Virus record (IMG/VR): IMGVR_UViG_3300016472_000940
Location: 1 to 64,000 of that record
DNA: 64,000 nt
Source of the DNA: a virus
Direction: 5' to 3' (one strand)
Both the position numbers and the translations under genes were made by a program. A model generated the notes under the pieces. The model was not told the DNA's origin. It did no database searches and was given only the letters and a program-made list of their open reading frames with translations. Below, piece after piece: positions 18,454-26,908 of the stretch. Positions within the stretch are counted from its first letter, which is position 1, and the number at the start of each line of letters is the position of its first letter.

Positions 18454-18528
18454 TGGAGCCAGAGATCGGATTTGAACCGATAACCCCCTCATTACAAATG
18501 AGGCGCACTACCGTTGTGCTACTCTGGC
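18454..18528 (-). tRNA. tRNA-Thr(UGU) with encoded CCA
   Basis: GCCAGAG/CTCTGGC, CCTCA-TTTGTAA-TGAGG, TTCAAAT. Confidence 0.95.
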
Positions 18529-18582
18529 GTTTCAAGAATATATAGAATAGCGTATCGTCATTACAATATCCAGATTTAAATA

Positions 18583-18590
18583 TATAAATA
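18583..18590 (+). promoter_or_regulatory. T4-type late promoter TATAAATA (representative; also 24426, 28868, 34182, 38842, 61478 on plus and 8174, 22489, 24388, 29708, 30776 on minus)
   Basis: Exact T4 gp55 late consensus just upstream of structural or late genes. Confidence 0.85.
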
Positions 18591-18594
18591 ATGT

Positions 18595-19281
18595 ATGCAT
18601 CAAGATAATCATCTTATATTTGAAGCGTATAGTAAGCAACTGCTTAAAGAATATAACCCTCATCAAATTAATTCAATGTTTAATAATATGACTAATAGTT
18701 TGGCTAGTAATGCAAACAATTTGCTTAATAATCCTAATTTGGTGCCTGCGTTGCAAGCTGTCTATGGCCATAGACAGCAGCTGAATCAAGGTCAACAATC
18801 GATTAGCTCTCCAGATGAATCTGAAGTATTTAGACAATATGCTACGGCATTATCTGGACCTGAATTAGCTGATCCAAGTCGTCCAGAAAATAATTTAAAC
18901 CGGCCTCATAATAAAGCCATGATGGATTTATTTAAATATGCTCAGTCTGTAGGTATTCAACCAGCGCAATTAGCACAAATTGTAAGACCAAGCATGTCGC
19001 AGGCAATTCAGCAATCAGGTATAATGTCACAAATGCATGGTATGAACAAAGATCAAATTATGCAACAAGTTGAAAACGATCCAAAGTTTTTGAAAATTTT
19101 ACAAAATGTATTTCAACAAACACAACAAAAATTACAACAACAATATGGACAGCGACCGGCACAAACATCTTCACAACAGTATGGTCAACAACCACAGAAT
19201 GTATATAATAATTACAGCTGGACACAGGGGTTGGCTGATCTTATGCGTGCTGCTTATCCAAACGGGATACCTACAGAGTAA
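18595..19281 (+). CDS. Gln-rich late protein, putative internal head protein
   Basis: Late promoter; N-terminus MHQDNHLIFEAY shared with a paralogous leader family. Confidence 0.75.
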   Translation: MHQDNHLIFEAYSKQLLKEYNPHQINSMFNNMTNSLASNANNLLNNPNLVPALQAVYGHRQQLNQGQQSISSPDESEVFRQYATALSGPELADPSRPENNLNRPHNKAMMDLFKYAQSVGIQPAQLAQIVRPSMSQAIQQSGIMSQMHGMNKDQIMQQVENDPKFLKILQNVFQQTQQKLQQQYGQRPAQTSSQQYGQQPQNVYNNYSWTQGLADLMRAAYPNGIPTE

Positions 19282-19283
19282 TA

Positions 19284-20201
19284 GTGAATAATGACACATA
19301 CAAGATAGCTGAACTATACAATGAGCAAGTTTCTTCCTATGTAGATAGCTACATACAGAATAAAAGTAAGACAACAACGCCTTATAATTATACCCCCTTG
19401 CCTGTGTCATCAGCACCTCCTGTAAACGCCATGCCCCGTACATCAACAACCTCTGTTCCCCGGGCCTCAATAAATAGTCTGTCACCCTCTGCATCTCCAG
19501 CTTATAGATTACTGGCTGGCATAGACATGTACCCAGGCAAACAATATAATTTTTGGGAAATGGCCCGTAAATGGTATCAAAACAACACACAATTTTCCGA
19601 TAAAGAAATTGAAAACATGCTATCTAAAAAACAATTAGCTAGTCAGCAAGCTGGTTTTAATAATAGAACAGCCACTCTAGGCCATCCGCAAAACTGGAAG
19701 GGTGGTTCTGTAAGCGTGCCTGGAGGTACAACAAGAGCTTATTATGACCTTGACAATAATACTGTGTATATAAATCCCGCATTAAATAATCTAAATTTAA
19801 TTTGGCGCTCTATTTTACATGAATTGTTACACTCTGTACAGCCTGAGGATATGCACAAAGCGGGTTATTCATCTAATACACTTGCGGGTGATTATGTAAG
19901 CTATACTGCTGAGCCTGTGGAGATGGATACGGCGTTAGGAGAATTAAACAGAGTAGTAGCTGTTAAATTTAATAAATTGATAGTACCGGGAAATGAGAAA
20001 GAGGCAGAAAAATTTATACGATGGTTCACAGATATGAAAAATACAGATTACCCAAGAATGCATGATAAAGCTAGCGCTATGCTTTTAAGAGCCATACAGC
20101 GAGGAAAAACTGCTGAAGAGCAGAATACAATTATAAAAGAGTTGGCCAGAAGAATGGTATTTTTAACAAGTAATCAAAAACCAATTAAAAATATAGCCTG
20201 A
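19284..20201 (+). CDS. Putative zincin metallopeptidase-like internal protein
   Basis: N-terminus MNNDTYKIAELY; RAYYD....VYIN, ILHELLH (HExxH), Y..EP.E.D. Confidence 0.7.
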   Translation: MNNDTYKIAELYNEQVSSYVDSYIQNKSKTTTPYNYTPLPVSSAPPVNAMPRTSTTSVPRASINSLSPSASPAYRLLAGIDMYPGKQYNFWEMARKWYQNNTQFSDKEIENMLSKKQLASQQAGFNNRTATLGHPQNWKGGSVSVPGGTTRAYYDLDNNTVYINPALNNLNLIWRSILHELLHSVQPEDMHKAGYSSNTLAGDYVSYTAEPVEMDTALGELNRVVAVKFNKLIVPGNEKEAEKFIRWFTDMKNTDYPRMHDKASAMLLRAIQRGKTAEEQNTIIKELARRMVFLTSNQKPIKNIA

Positions 20202-20293
20202 TACCTCCGGTTGGATTCGAACCAACGTTTTGCGCTAATCTGGCGCCGTGCACGGGTATAAGCCGTGTGTCTTAACCGCTAGACGACGGAGGC
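20202..20293 (-). tRNA. tRNA-Ile(UAU) with long variable arm
   Basis: GCCTCCG/CGGAGGT, CACGG-CTTATAC-CCGTG, variable arm GCGC-CAGATTA-GCGC, GTTGG-TTCGAAT-CCAAC. Confidence 0.85.
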
Positions 20294-20302
20294 AATGGCC
20301 TC

Positions 20303-20401
20303 CTATCGTATTCGACGATTCTTCTTCTTGGAAAGATTAAAGAAATATACCGCACCAATAACGCTAGTAACAAATATAACACTGAAGAAGAATGTGTACA
20401 T
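20303..20401 (-). CDS. Small single-TM peptide (32 aa)
   Basis: MYTFFFSVIFVTSVIGAVYFFNLSKKKNRRIR; TTGCAA-16-CATAAT promoter, 6 nt to ATG. Confidence 0.5.
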   Translation of the reverse strand: MYTFFFSVIFVTSVIGAVYFFNLSKKKNRRIR

Positions 20402-20444
20402 ATGAATATTATGAATGCTTATTTATATATTGCAAGAAAATACT

Positions 20445-20517
20445 TGGGCGTACAAGGATTTGAACCTTGGACCGAGGCATTATGAGTGCCCTGCTCTGAC
20501 CGCTGAGCTATACGCCC
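20445..20517 (-). tRNA. tRNA(CAU), probably Ile2 (lysidine type); Met not excluded
   Basis: GGGCGTA/TACGCCC, GGGCA-CTCATAA-TGCCT; paired G1-C72 and no GGG/CCC anticodon-stem end, so not initiator. Confidence 0.85.
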
Positions 20518-20526
20518 GAGAAAATT

Positions 20527-20599
20527 TGGCCCAAATCGGATTCGAACCGATACTTGAACGATTTTAAGTCGTTTGTCTCTGCCATTGGACTACTGGGCC
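20527..20599 (-). tRNA. tRNA-Leu(UAA) with short variable loop
   Basis: GGCCCAG/TTGGGCC, AACGA-CTTAAAA-TCGTT, 5-nt variable region, TTCGAAT. Confidence 0.9.
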
Positions 20600-20607
20600 A
20601 GCAGGAA

Positions 20608-20901
20608 TTAAGCGTGCTTACCCTTGCTGTTCAACCGAAGCAAATCCTCAAGCGTAGTGGTGAGCGTAGAGGGGGTAAACCCATCAACAGTACCCAGCTC
20701 TTGGCGAACTTGCTCAAAGGTTTTGCCTTGACGGAGAAGCTTAAGCGCATCTCGCGAAACATAACTACTAATAATCGTATCTACATCAACACCAAGACGA
20801 ATAGCTTTAGCATCGAGGTACTTAATGTTGGAATTACGGGTTTTGCCTGTCACCAAGCAAGTTAGCTTGGGCAGAGCGTCGGTGTTTGTTTTATTGTTCA
20901 T
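20608..20901 (-). CDS. Small basic protein (LTC..TGK...Y.SR.ALKLLR.GK family), paralog 1
   Basis: Similar to 31491..31784; TTGCAC-17-TATACT promoter. Confidence 0.8.
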   Translation of the reverse strand: MNNKTNTDALPKLTCLVTGKTRNSNIKYLDAKAIRLGVDVDTIISSYVSRDALKLLRQGKTFEQVRQELGTVDGFTPSTLTTTLEDLLRLNSKGKHA

Positions 20902-20964
20902 ACTTCAAGTATAGCAGAAATCTGAATTCCGTGCAACTAAATTTTTGACTAAATTATAAATTGT

Positions 20965-21336
20965 TTAGAGCTCACGTTTTATAAGACCAGGAAGCTGGCC
21001 AGCTCGGCGCATATATTCTATATCTTTTTCTACCTGCACTAAAGTCTTTATAAACGTTAATAATACTCCGTGACGCTCGTAAAGTTTAGTTGCAACAAAC
21101 TTCGGTTCATTCTTTCTTATTCTACCTGCAAGATCTTCTAGCTTTGCTGCAGTGTTTTCTTTGAGCTGGCCTAGAGTCAATATACCATAGCCTGGTATTT
21201 GAACATGGGATTTATCTAAATCGTTTTTATCCCATTGAGTTACAGCTTGTATCTTGCTCTTTGGCTTAGGAAGAGAAGATATAGTTTGTAGAACATCTTC
21301 ATATTGTTCGAATATTGAATGTATGTCTTTATTCAC
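20965..21336 (-). CDS. Putative internal head protein
   Basis: MNKDIHSIFEQY leader; CTAAATA upstream. Confidence 0.7.
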   Translation of the reverse strand: MNKDIHSIFEQYEDVLQTISSLPKPKSKIQAVTQWDKNDLDKSHVQIPGYGILTLGQLKENTAAKLEDLAGRIRKNEPKFVATKLYERHGVLLTFIKTLVQVEKDIEYMRRAGQLPGLIKREL

Positions 21337-21344
21337 CTTATTAT

Positions 21345-21581
21345 TTAGGCGCTATTTATATACATATCGGTGGCTATAGCAAAATGCTTATAATCAGCGT
21401 AATAAAAGCATTCCTCACCATTTATAATAATTTTTGGTTTGTTTTTAATAAATTGAAACCACTGTTTGGCAAAATCTACTCCATGGAAAAAAAGCACGTT
21501 TTCATAGGAAACGTAATTTACAGTTGTTTCTCTCTGACTTAAAGAAGTGTATGTAAGTACTTGTCTGGGGCAGAACTTCAC
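21345..21581 (-). CDS. Hypothetical protein
   Basis: ORF. Confidence 0.55.
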   Translation of the reverse strand: MKFCPRQVLTYTSLSQRETTVNYVSYENVLFFHGVDFAKQWFQFIKNKPKIIINGEECFYYADYKHFAIATDMYINSA

Positions 21582-21582
21582 C

Positions 21583-22482
21583 CTATATATTATGCTTGTT
21601 AATTGAATTTAACACATGTTTAAAGTTTTTAGCTTCGGCTATATCTTTAATTTGACTCAATATGTAATATGCAGGGTAATATAAGTCCCATAATTGCTGC
21701 GGGTGTGTAATGCTATTTGCATCAATATCATGAATTAAATGTTGTGAAACTTCCTTCATTCTTGCGGCCATAGCTCTCAACAAGTCTGCGTCTTGGTCAA
21801 TCTCATCTCTAGTTTTTTCAGGGCCTTTAAACTCGTTATTGCCTATATTTTTCCCGTATTCCCTATACAAATCTTCATATGGCTTACCACCCTTTTCTAT
21901 AGCTCTGGCAATATCTCTTTCCTGCTGCGCGCCTCTCCTATATACCGAACCGTCATCTGAATACTGATATTCCCAGTCGTGTGCCTGCAGCATTTTATGA
22001 AATTGATATAATGAAGGAAGACCACTTTCCTCATCTTCATTTTTGTTTTCGTGTTCTTCGCGCGAATCTGACTTAGCTAAGTCGTGTATTTCTTGGTCTG
22101 TCTCCTCTTTTTCTTTCGAGCTTTTTGGTGATACATGCTTAGATAGCTTTGCAAATTCAGGATAAGGCATTTCTTCACCTTCCGGCTTTGCCTCATTATC
22201 ACTCTGCTTATACATACTTACAAGCTCTGCTTTATTCATACCGCTTGCCCTCAGTTGACCCATAATTTGTTTAGCTTCAATAACCTCCTGTTCAGTTGGC
22301 TTGTTACCGTGTGCTTTAATATTTTTAAAAATTTCTATCAACCTATTCTTTAATCCTGGTATTTCTTCTTCTTTAGGTAACCCGTAACGAATTATATCCA
22401 TAATATTTCCAGTTAATTCTCTTTTCTTTTGAGTTATACCGTCAACATAACTTTCAAATATTTGATGTATATCGTTGTTCAT
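21583..22482 (-). CDS. Putative internal head polyprotein
   Basis: MNNDIHQIFESY leader; late promoter; acidic ExEE linkers; HDW.Y.YSDD..Y..G module. Confidence 0.75.
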   Translation of the reverse strand: MNNDIHQIFESYVDGITQKKRELTGNIMDIIRYGLPKEEEIPGLKNRLIEIFKNIKAHGNKPTEQEVIEAKQIMGQLRASGMNKAELVSMYKQSDNEAKPEGEEMPYPEFAKLSKHVSPKSSKEKEETDQEIHDLAKSDSREEHENKNEDEESGLPSLYQFHKMLQAHDWEYQYSDDGSVYRRGAQQERDIARAIEKGGKPYEDLYREYGKNIGNNEFKGPEKTRDEIDQDADLLRAMAARMKEVSQHLIHDIDANSITHPQQLWDLYYPAYYILSQIKDIAEAKNFKHVLNSINKHNI

Positions 22483-22496
22483 GTTTATTATTTATA

Positions 22497-22952
22497 TTAG
22501 CAATGATAGTTAAGATAGCGTTGAGCGGCTTTAGCAGTATGGTTGCCTTTATTCTTTTGTTTTGATTTTAACGATCTTGCTTTCGCACAAGTCATTTTAC
22601 CTTTGGTCTGCCTCTTAAGAATACCCGGCCTAACAGGGTCATGAATGCTTTTTTCATTTAAACTAGAATTCATAGATCTAATAATCTGTTCATATTTATG
22701 ATCACCTAAAGATTTTTGTATTTTATTCCAATTGTTCTTCCAATTAGATAATATATCTTTATCAACTTCTTTCCAAGATGTCCATGCTTCACCATTTTCA
22801 GGCGTTACAACTGAAACTAAATCAGGAGACCAAGTAGCACCTGTAGACTGTCTTCCTTCAGGTGTATGAACTATTTTAAAAGTCTTACCATAATTAGAAT
22901 CCCAATCTATAGGTTGTCTGGATTCAGTAAAAAATTGTTTAAACGTTTTCAT
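22497..22952 (-). CDS. Putative internal head protein with T4-like capsid targeting sequence
   Basis: MKTFKQFFTE, compare T4 internal protein leader MKTYQEFIAE. Confidence 0.75.
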   Translation of the reverse strand: MKTFKQFFTESRQPIDWDSNYGKTFKIVHTPEGRQSTGATWSPDLVSVVTPENGEAWTSWKEVDKDILSNWKNNWNKIQKSLGDHKYEQIIRSMNSSLNEKSIHDPVRPGILKRQTKGKMTCAKARSLKSKQKNKGNHTAKAAQRYLNYHC

Positions 22953-23605
22953 ATTGGTTGTTTTCTTATTAAAATAAAATCGGTAGAGTCAAATATATTC
23001 ATTCCATATCCTGTTCCGGGGGTATCTACTCGCTTATAAGTAAACCCTAATTGATCTACAAATTTTTTTATTAATCTCTCATAAACTTTAGCTCTACTAG
23101 CTGACTCTAGATCATCAGAGAAATTAGCATTAGGATTAAATTCAACCTGTGGCTTTACTCTTTTACCTGCTGCAGAAAAAGAAACTAAATTAAGCTTAAA
23201 TTTATTAATTATATCTTTTATAAACGCCATGGCATGATTTAATACTTGAGAAACATTGGCATCTCCTACCATAGAAATTGAATCTCCAAATGTAGGATGA
23301 TTCAAGGTTTTAAATACTACTTCTGCAGCAGGTAAATGTTCAATATGCATTTTTGATAGAGAGGTTTTTTCATTATCAGATAGCTCTTTTCCGGGCTTTC
23401 TAGATCCTATAGACGCTGCAAATTCATAAGTAACGTTCTGCCCATTTTTATTAGGTATTTCAACATAATATTTTACTTCAGTTGCTTTAAGACCACCCTC
23501 TGGGTCATAATCATCTATATCTAATATTTCCCAATTAGATGTAGTATCTATATTAGGAATAGACTGAAATAATTCTGTTAAAAGATATTCTTTAAACGTT
23601 TTCAT
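22949..23605 (-). CDS. Putative internal head protein (start MKTFKEYLLTE)
   Basis: CTS-like leader; F.A.G...SRAKVY.RL motif seen in T4-like phage proteins. Confidence 0.75.
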   Translation of the reverse strand: MKTFKEYLLTELFQSIPNIDTTSNWEILDIDDYDPEGGLKATEVKYYVEIPNKNGQNVTYEFAASIGSRKPGKELSDNEKTSLSKMHIEHLPAAEVVFKTLNHPTFGDSISMVGDANVSQVLNHAMAFIKDIINKFKLNLVSFSAAGKRVKPQVEFNPNANFSDDLESASRAKVYERLIKKFVDQLGFTYKRVDTPGTGYGMNIFDSTDFILIRKQPI

Positions 23606-24371
23606 TGATAAGCTCCGCAAGCTTAATTACAGCAGCTACTTTCTTTTCTCTATTGTTACCTGCTGCAATAAACTGCTCTCCTAAATTAAGAAATGCTTTA
23701 TTGTGAGGAAAACTATTTTTATACCCTCTCAAGAATAAAAATAAATCATCTACAATTTTAGCAAAATTAGAAGGGGTATGAGATTTATAAAGAGGTATTA
23801 TATATTGAGCTCTCTCTTTAAAAATATTAGCAGTTTCTGGATACTGTTCTTCCATTAATTTTTCTACTCTTGCATCTTCAATTGTTCTTGCAAGAGTAAA
23901 GATTTCAGCAGCAAGTTTATGATTTACTATTTCTTTGGTTAAAATGTCTATTGAATATAACTTATGTGCAATTTCATGTAATATAATAATAGGCCCAAGC
24001 ACTTTATTAAGTTTTGCTGGTACATGTATGTTACCACCTTCACCAGAAGCTGTAAATTTAATCATAACTCTATTAACCTTAGGATCAACAGTTATATATT
24101 TTTTAAAATCTATCGAAGGCACTCTATTTTGCAAATTTCTTAATATTAAGCTTGTGTCGATCAAATCGCCTTTAGTAGCTTTATTACATACATTACCAAA
24201 AGGACAGTCTTTACAATCTCCCCACTTAAAATTAGTAGAAGATTGTGTAGAGGCGCCCGCAAGAACATCAGAAAGTACATTTTGCTTGAAAGATCTATCT
24301 ATAACATCTTTTTCTTGATCAGGCTCAACACCTGCTAAAGCTTCATTGATAAATTGTTTAAACGTTATCAT
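23592..24371 (-). CDS. Putative internal head protein with a metallopeptidase-like domain
   Basis: MITFKQFINE leader; CxxC, LHEIAH (HExxH), IEDARVE motif of CobT/VWA-associated metallopeptidase-like domains. Confidence 0.7.
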   Translation of the reverse strand: MITFKQFINEALAGVEPDQEKDVIDRSFKQNVLSDVLAGASTQSSTNFKWGDCKDCPFGNVCNKATKGDLIDTSLILRNLQNRVPSIDFKKYITVDPKVNRVMIKFTASGEGGNIHVPAKLNKVLGPIIILHEIAHKLYSIDILTKEIVNHKLAAEIFTLARTIEDARVEKLMEEQYPETANIFKERAQYIIPLYKSHTPSNFAKIVDDLFLFLRGYKNSFPHNKAFLNLGEQFIAAGNNREKKVAAVIKLAELINENV

Positions 24372-24501
24372 GTGACAAAATCTATATTATTTATAAAAAA
24401 AAGTGGATGTCTAAATAATCTAGTATATAAATATAGATGTTAGTGCACATAGTGGCTAACATTGGACCGAAAGGCCATAAACAAAGAAAGGAGGTAATTA
24501 T

Positions 24502-25023
24502 ATGGGAAATAATGGAGACCTGCCTGTGGAAAGCGGTAAAGCTTATACAGGCCGTATAGTTCCAGGTTTTAATACCTGGCCATCGCTAAGAGATGAATTC
24601 CTAACACCCTTTGATAGGGTATTTGATAAACTAACCAATGACCTATTCCCTAGCTTGTCTAAAGAGTTTGGTGTTGGTTTGTTTGAAAAGGAATCTTATC
24701 CTAAAGTTGACATTATTGATCATAAGGACCGTGTCTCTATTGAAGCAGAGATTCCTGGTCTTAAGAAAGATCAAATTACTGTTGACGTAAAGGATGGTGT
24801 GTTGACTGTCTCTGGTCAAAAACAAGCAAAAAAAGAAGAAGTTGAAGAGGGTACTTATGTTCGTAGAGAACTAAAACGTAGCTCGTTTCGTCGTTCTTTT
24901 GTGCTTGGTGATAGCCTAGATCATAATAATGTTAATGCACAATTCCAAGATGGAGTATTGGTTGTTGACATTGCAAAAGTCAAGCCAGTTGAAACTAAAG
25001 CTAAGATTATCGATATCAAATAA
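24502..25023 (+). CDS. hsp20: Small heat shock protein Hsp20 (alpha-crystallin domain)
   Basis: YP.VDI, AEIPG..K, GVLTVSG, RE...SF.RSF.L, A.F.DGVL; SD AAGGAGG; late promoter. Confidence 0.95.
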   Translation: MGNNGDLPVESGKAYTGRIVPGFNTWPSLRDEFLTPFDRVFDKLTNDLFPSLSKEFGVGLFEKESYPKVDIIDHKDRVSIEAEIPGLKKDQITVDVKDGVLTVSGQKQAKKEEVEEGTYVRRELKRSSFRRSFVLGDSLDHNNVNAQFQDGVLVVDIAKVKPVETKAKIIDIK

Positions 25024-25040
25024 CATATCGGTAGTTAGCT

Positions 25041-25074
25041 AGAACCCGCTAGTATGTCCTGGCGGGTTCTTTTT
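25041..25074 (+). terminator. Intrinsic terminator after hsp20
   Basis: AGAACCCGCTAG-loop-CTGGCGGGTTCT followed by TTTTT. Confidence 0.8.
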
Positions 25075-25634
25075 TATATACCGGGAATCTCGTACTTGTC
25101 TAGAACTTTAGATAAATATTCTCTATTCGGTTTAAAGTTTTTTAATTGAAAAATTCTAAAATACTCAACAGTACTACTTTTTCTTACAGACCATACATCT
25201 AATTTTAGATAGGGCTTACCATTTTTATCCATTTGCATAGCTTTCATAAGCGGAAATCCTGTTTGTTTTTCTGCATATCTAATCATTGAAGATCTATCAT
25301 ATTCAATAGCCCATCCCGTATTCACATCTACATGTATCATTCGATGATTCTTCTTTTTCTTCATTTCATCTGGGTAAATGTAAAAATAACCCTTCTTTAA
25401 GTTGCCCTTTACATCAACAGTATAATAATTTACCCAGCTGTTTTTTTTGAATTCAAAATCAATACCTGCTACCTGTTTTTCTCTATTATCTTCATACCAG
25501 ATAACTTCATCATAAATGCTTTCAAGATATTCTAGAATGAGTTTTTCTGCATACAATCCTTTTTGGGTTTCGGCCGTATTGCCAAAAGCCGCTTTAGTAG
25601 TTTTAGTCCATTTAGGTGTAATTCTAGCACTCAT
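25074..25634 (-). CDS. PD-(D/E)XK-like nuclease (start probably MSARIT)
   Basis: G..AE.LI..YL, Q..GID, TVDVK motif. Confidence 0.6.
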   Translation of the reverse strand: MSARITPKWTKTTKAAFGNTAETQKGLYAEKLILEYLESIYDEVIWYEDNREKQVAGIDFEFKKNSWVNYYTVDVKGNLKKGYFYIYPDEMKKKKNHRMIHVDVNTGWAIEYDRSSMIRYAEKQTGFPLMKAMQMDKNGKPYLKLDVWSVRKSSTVEYFRIFQLKNFKPNREYLSKVLDKYEIPGI

Positions 25635-25840
25635 TAATATGTAGCCCCCCACACCTTAATATTTGCATTAGGATCTCTACTACCGTCTGAACTATCCATT
25701 ATATTATACTTTGTGTTATTTCTATCTTGTGAATCCTCGTCCATTCCTGGTTTAGGGAAAAAACCGTAGTTATTAGTTTCCTTAACTGTTGTACACGAGC
25801 AAAGTACTAGTGGCATTAATATGAGCACGTATAATCTCAT
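25634..25840 (-). CDS. Small lipoprotein
   Basis: Signal MRLYVLILMPLVLCSC with lipobox; TTGACT-16-CATAAT promoter. Confidence 0.65.
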   Translation of the reverse strand: MRLYVLILMPLVLCSCTTVKETNNYGFFPKPGMDEDSQDRNNTKYNIMDSSDGSRDPNANIKVWGATY

Positions 25841-25874
25841 ATCACTATTATGAATGGATATATAATAAAGTCAA

Positions 25875-25977
25875 GAAAAAAAGCGGTTTTAACGATACCG
25901 CAAAACGTAGTTTGATATATGGACAGGGGTAATCCCACAATCACCGTGTCAACCAATCAAACTTTATCATGGGAATT
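25875..25977 (-). ncRNA. Candidate ~100 nt small RNA (long hairpin plus 3' pseudoknot/terminator)
   Basis: Promoter TTGCAT-16-TATACT (25984-26011); stems AGTTTGAT/ATCAAACT, GACA/TGTC, GCGGT/ACCGC, then T7. Confidence 0.5.
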
Positions 25978-26026
25978 ATTTTTAGTATAAATGATAGAGA
26001 GAAGAATGCAACAGCTAAGTAATTAT

Positions 26027-26305
26027 ATGCTAGAAAAGATTAAAGACCATTTTAGCAAAAGCTATAATTTAGTGTTCTGGGTATTATTTGGTCCAGCTAT
26101 GTTTTGGTGCTTATATGGTATACATGAACTATACACAGCATACTTTGATCAGTTAACCAAACAGGATCACTTACAATTTTTTCTTAGATTTTTCTTCCCT
26201 CTGTCTGTAGCCGCGTATGTTACTTCTCTTGAGCGTGCAGCAAGAAAAAGAAGAGAGATATTAAAAGGTAATATTAAGAAGTATCTTGATCGAGAAAATG
26301 CTTAA
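26027..26305 (+). CDS. Two-TM membrane protein (start probably MLEKIK)
   Basis: Two hydrophobic segments and a basic C-terminus. Confidence 0.6.
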   Translation: MLEKIKDHFSKSYNLVFWVLFGPAMFWCLYGIHELYTAYFDQLTKQDHLQFFLRFFFPLSVAAYVTSLERAARKRREILKGNIKKYLDRENA

Positions 26306-26375
26306 TCTTTAAATCTTTCGCGTAAATAAAGTACGTAAACAAATACCGCTACACATATTAAAACTGAGCTTATAG

Positions 26376-26660
26376 TCATAATATTATTTTATCACAAAAG
26401 TCAATAGCTGCAACTTTAGCTGCGTCTAAATCTTTATATTCTCCTGCATTTGCACCTGAGCATGATACTTTGTATTGTTGATCGGAAAATTTTGATATAA
26501 CAATATAAAAACTTTTATAATCCTTAAAATACCATTGATTTTTCAAATCATTTTCGCTCCAAGAAGAATTGTCAATAATTTTTAATCTTTTCTTTTTAGG
26601 GAGTTTATATTTTCTTTTTTCCCCTATATGATTATAATTGAGTTTGTAGTCAAGTATCAT
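26376..26660 (-). CDS. Hypothetical protein
   Basis: Coupled ORF. Confidence 0.6.
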   Translation of the reverse strand: MILDYKLNYNHIGEKRKYKLPKKKRLKIIDNSSWSENDLKNQWYFKDYKSFYIVISKFSDQQYKVSCSGANAGEYKDLDAAKVAAIDFCDKIIL

Positions 26661-26907
26661 CTTTTTTAAATGCCTTATTCCACATTATTTCAAATATCCA
26701 CCCTGCAAAATAGAAGCCAACTTCCCAGAAGTCCTTTTTAAACGTTCCATAAAATTTTGGAAAATAAGAAAATTTATAACTATTTAAAATATAAAGCCCT
26801 AAACCATCCTCAAAAACAATTTTATAATGTGGCTGGCTAACAAACACCCTCTCACTATAGTGTGTGTTAGGAATTAGATCTTTAGGTGTTCCAATTATAA
26901 TACTCAT
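26650..26907 (-). CDS. Hypothetical protein
   Basis: Coupled ORF. Confidence 0.6.
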   Translation of the reverse strand: MSIIIGTPKDLIPNTHYSERVFVSQPHYKIVFEDGLGLYILNSYKFSYFPKFYGTFKKDFWEVGFYFAGWIFEIMWNKAFKKDDT

Positions 26908-26908
26908 T

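Noticed and set aside
24440-24459. CIRCE operator upstream of hsp20
   Set aside because: TTAG...GCTAA ends resemble it, but the arms and 9-nt spacer do not match TTAGCACTC-N9-GAGTGCTAA; better read as an RNA hairpin.
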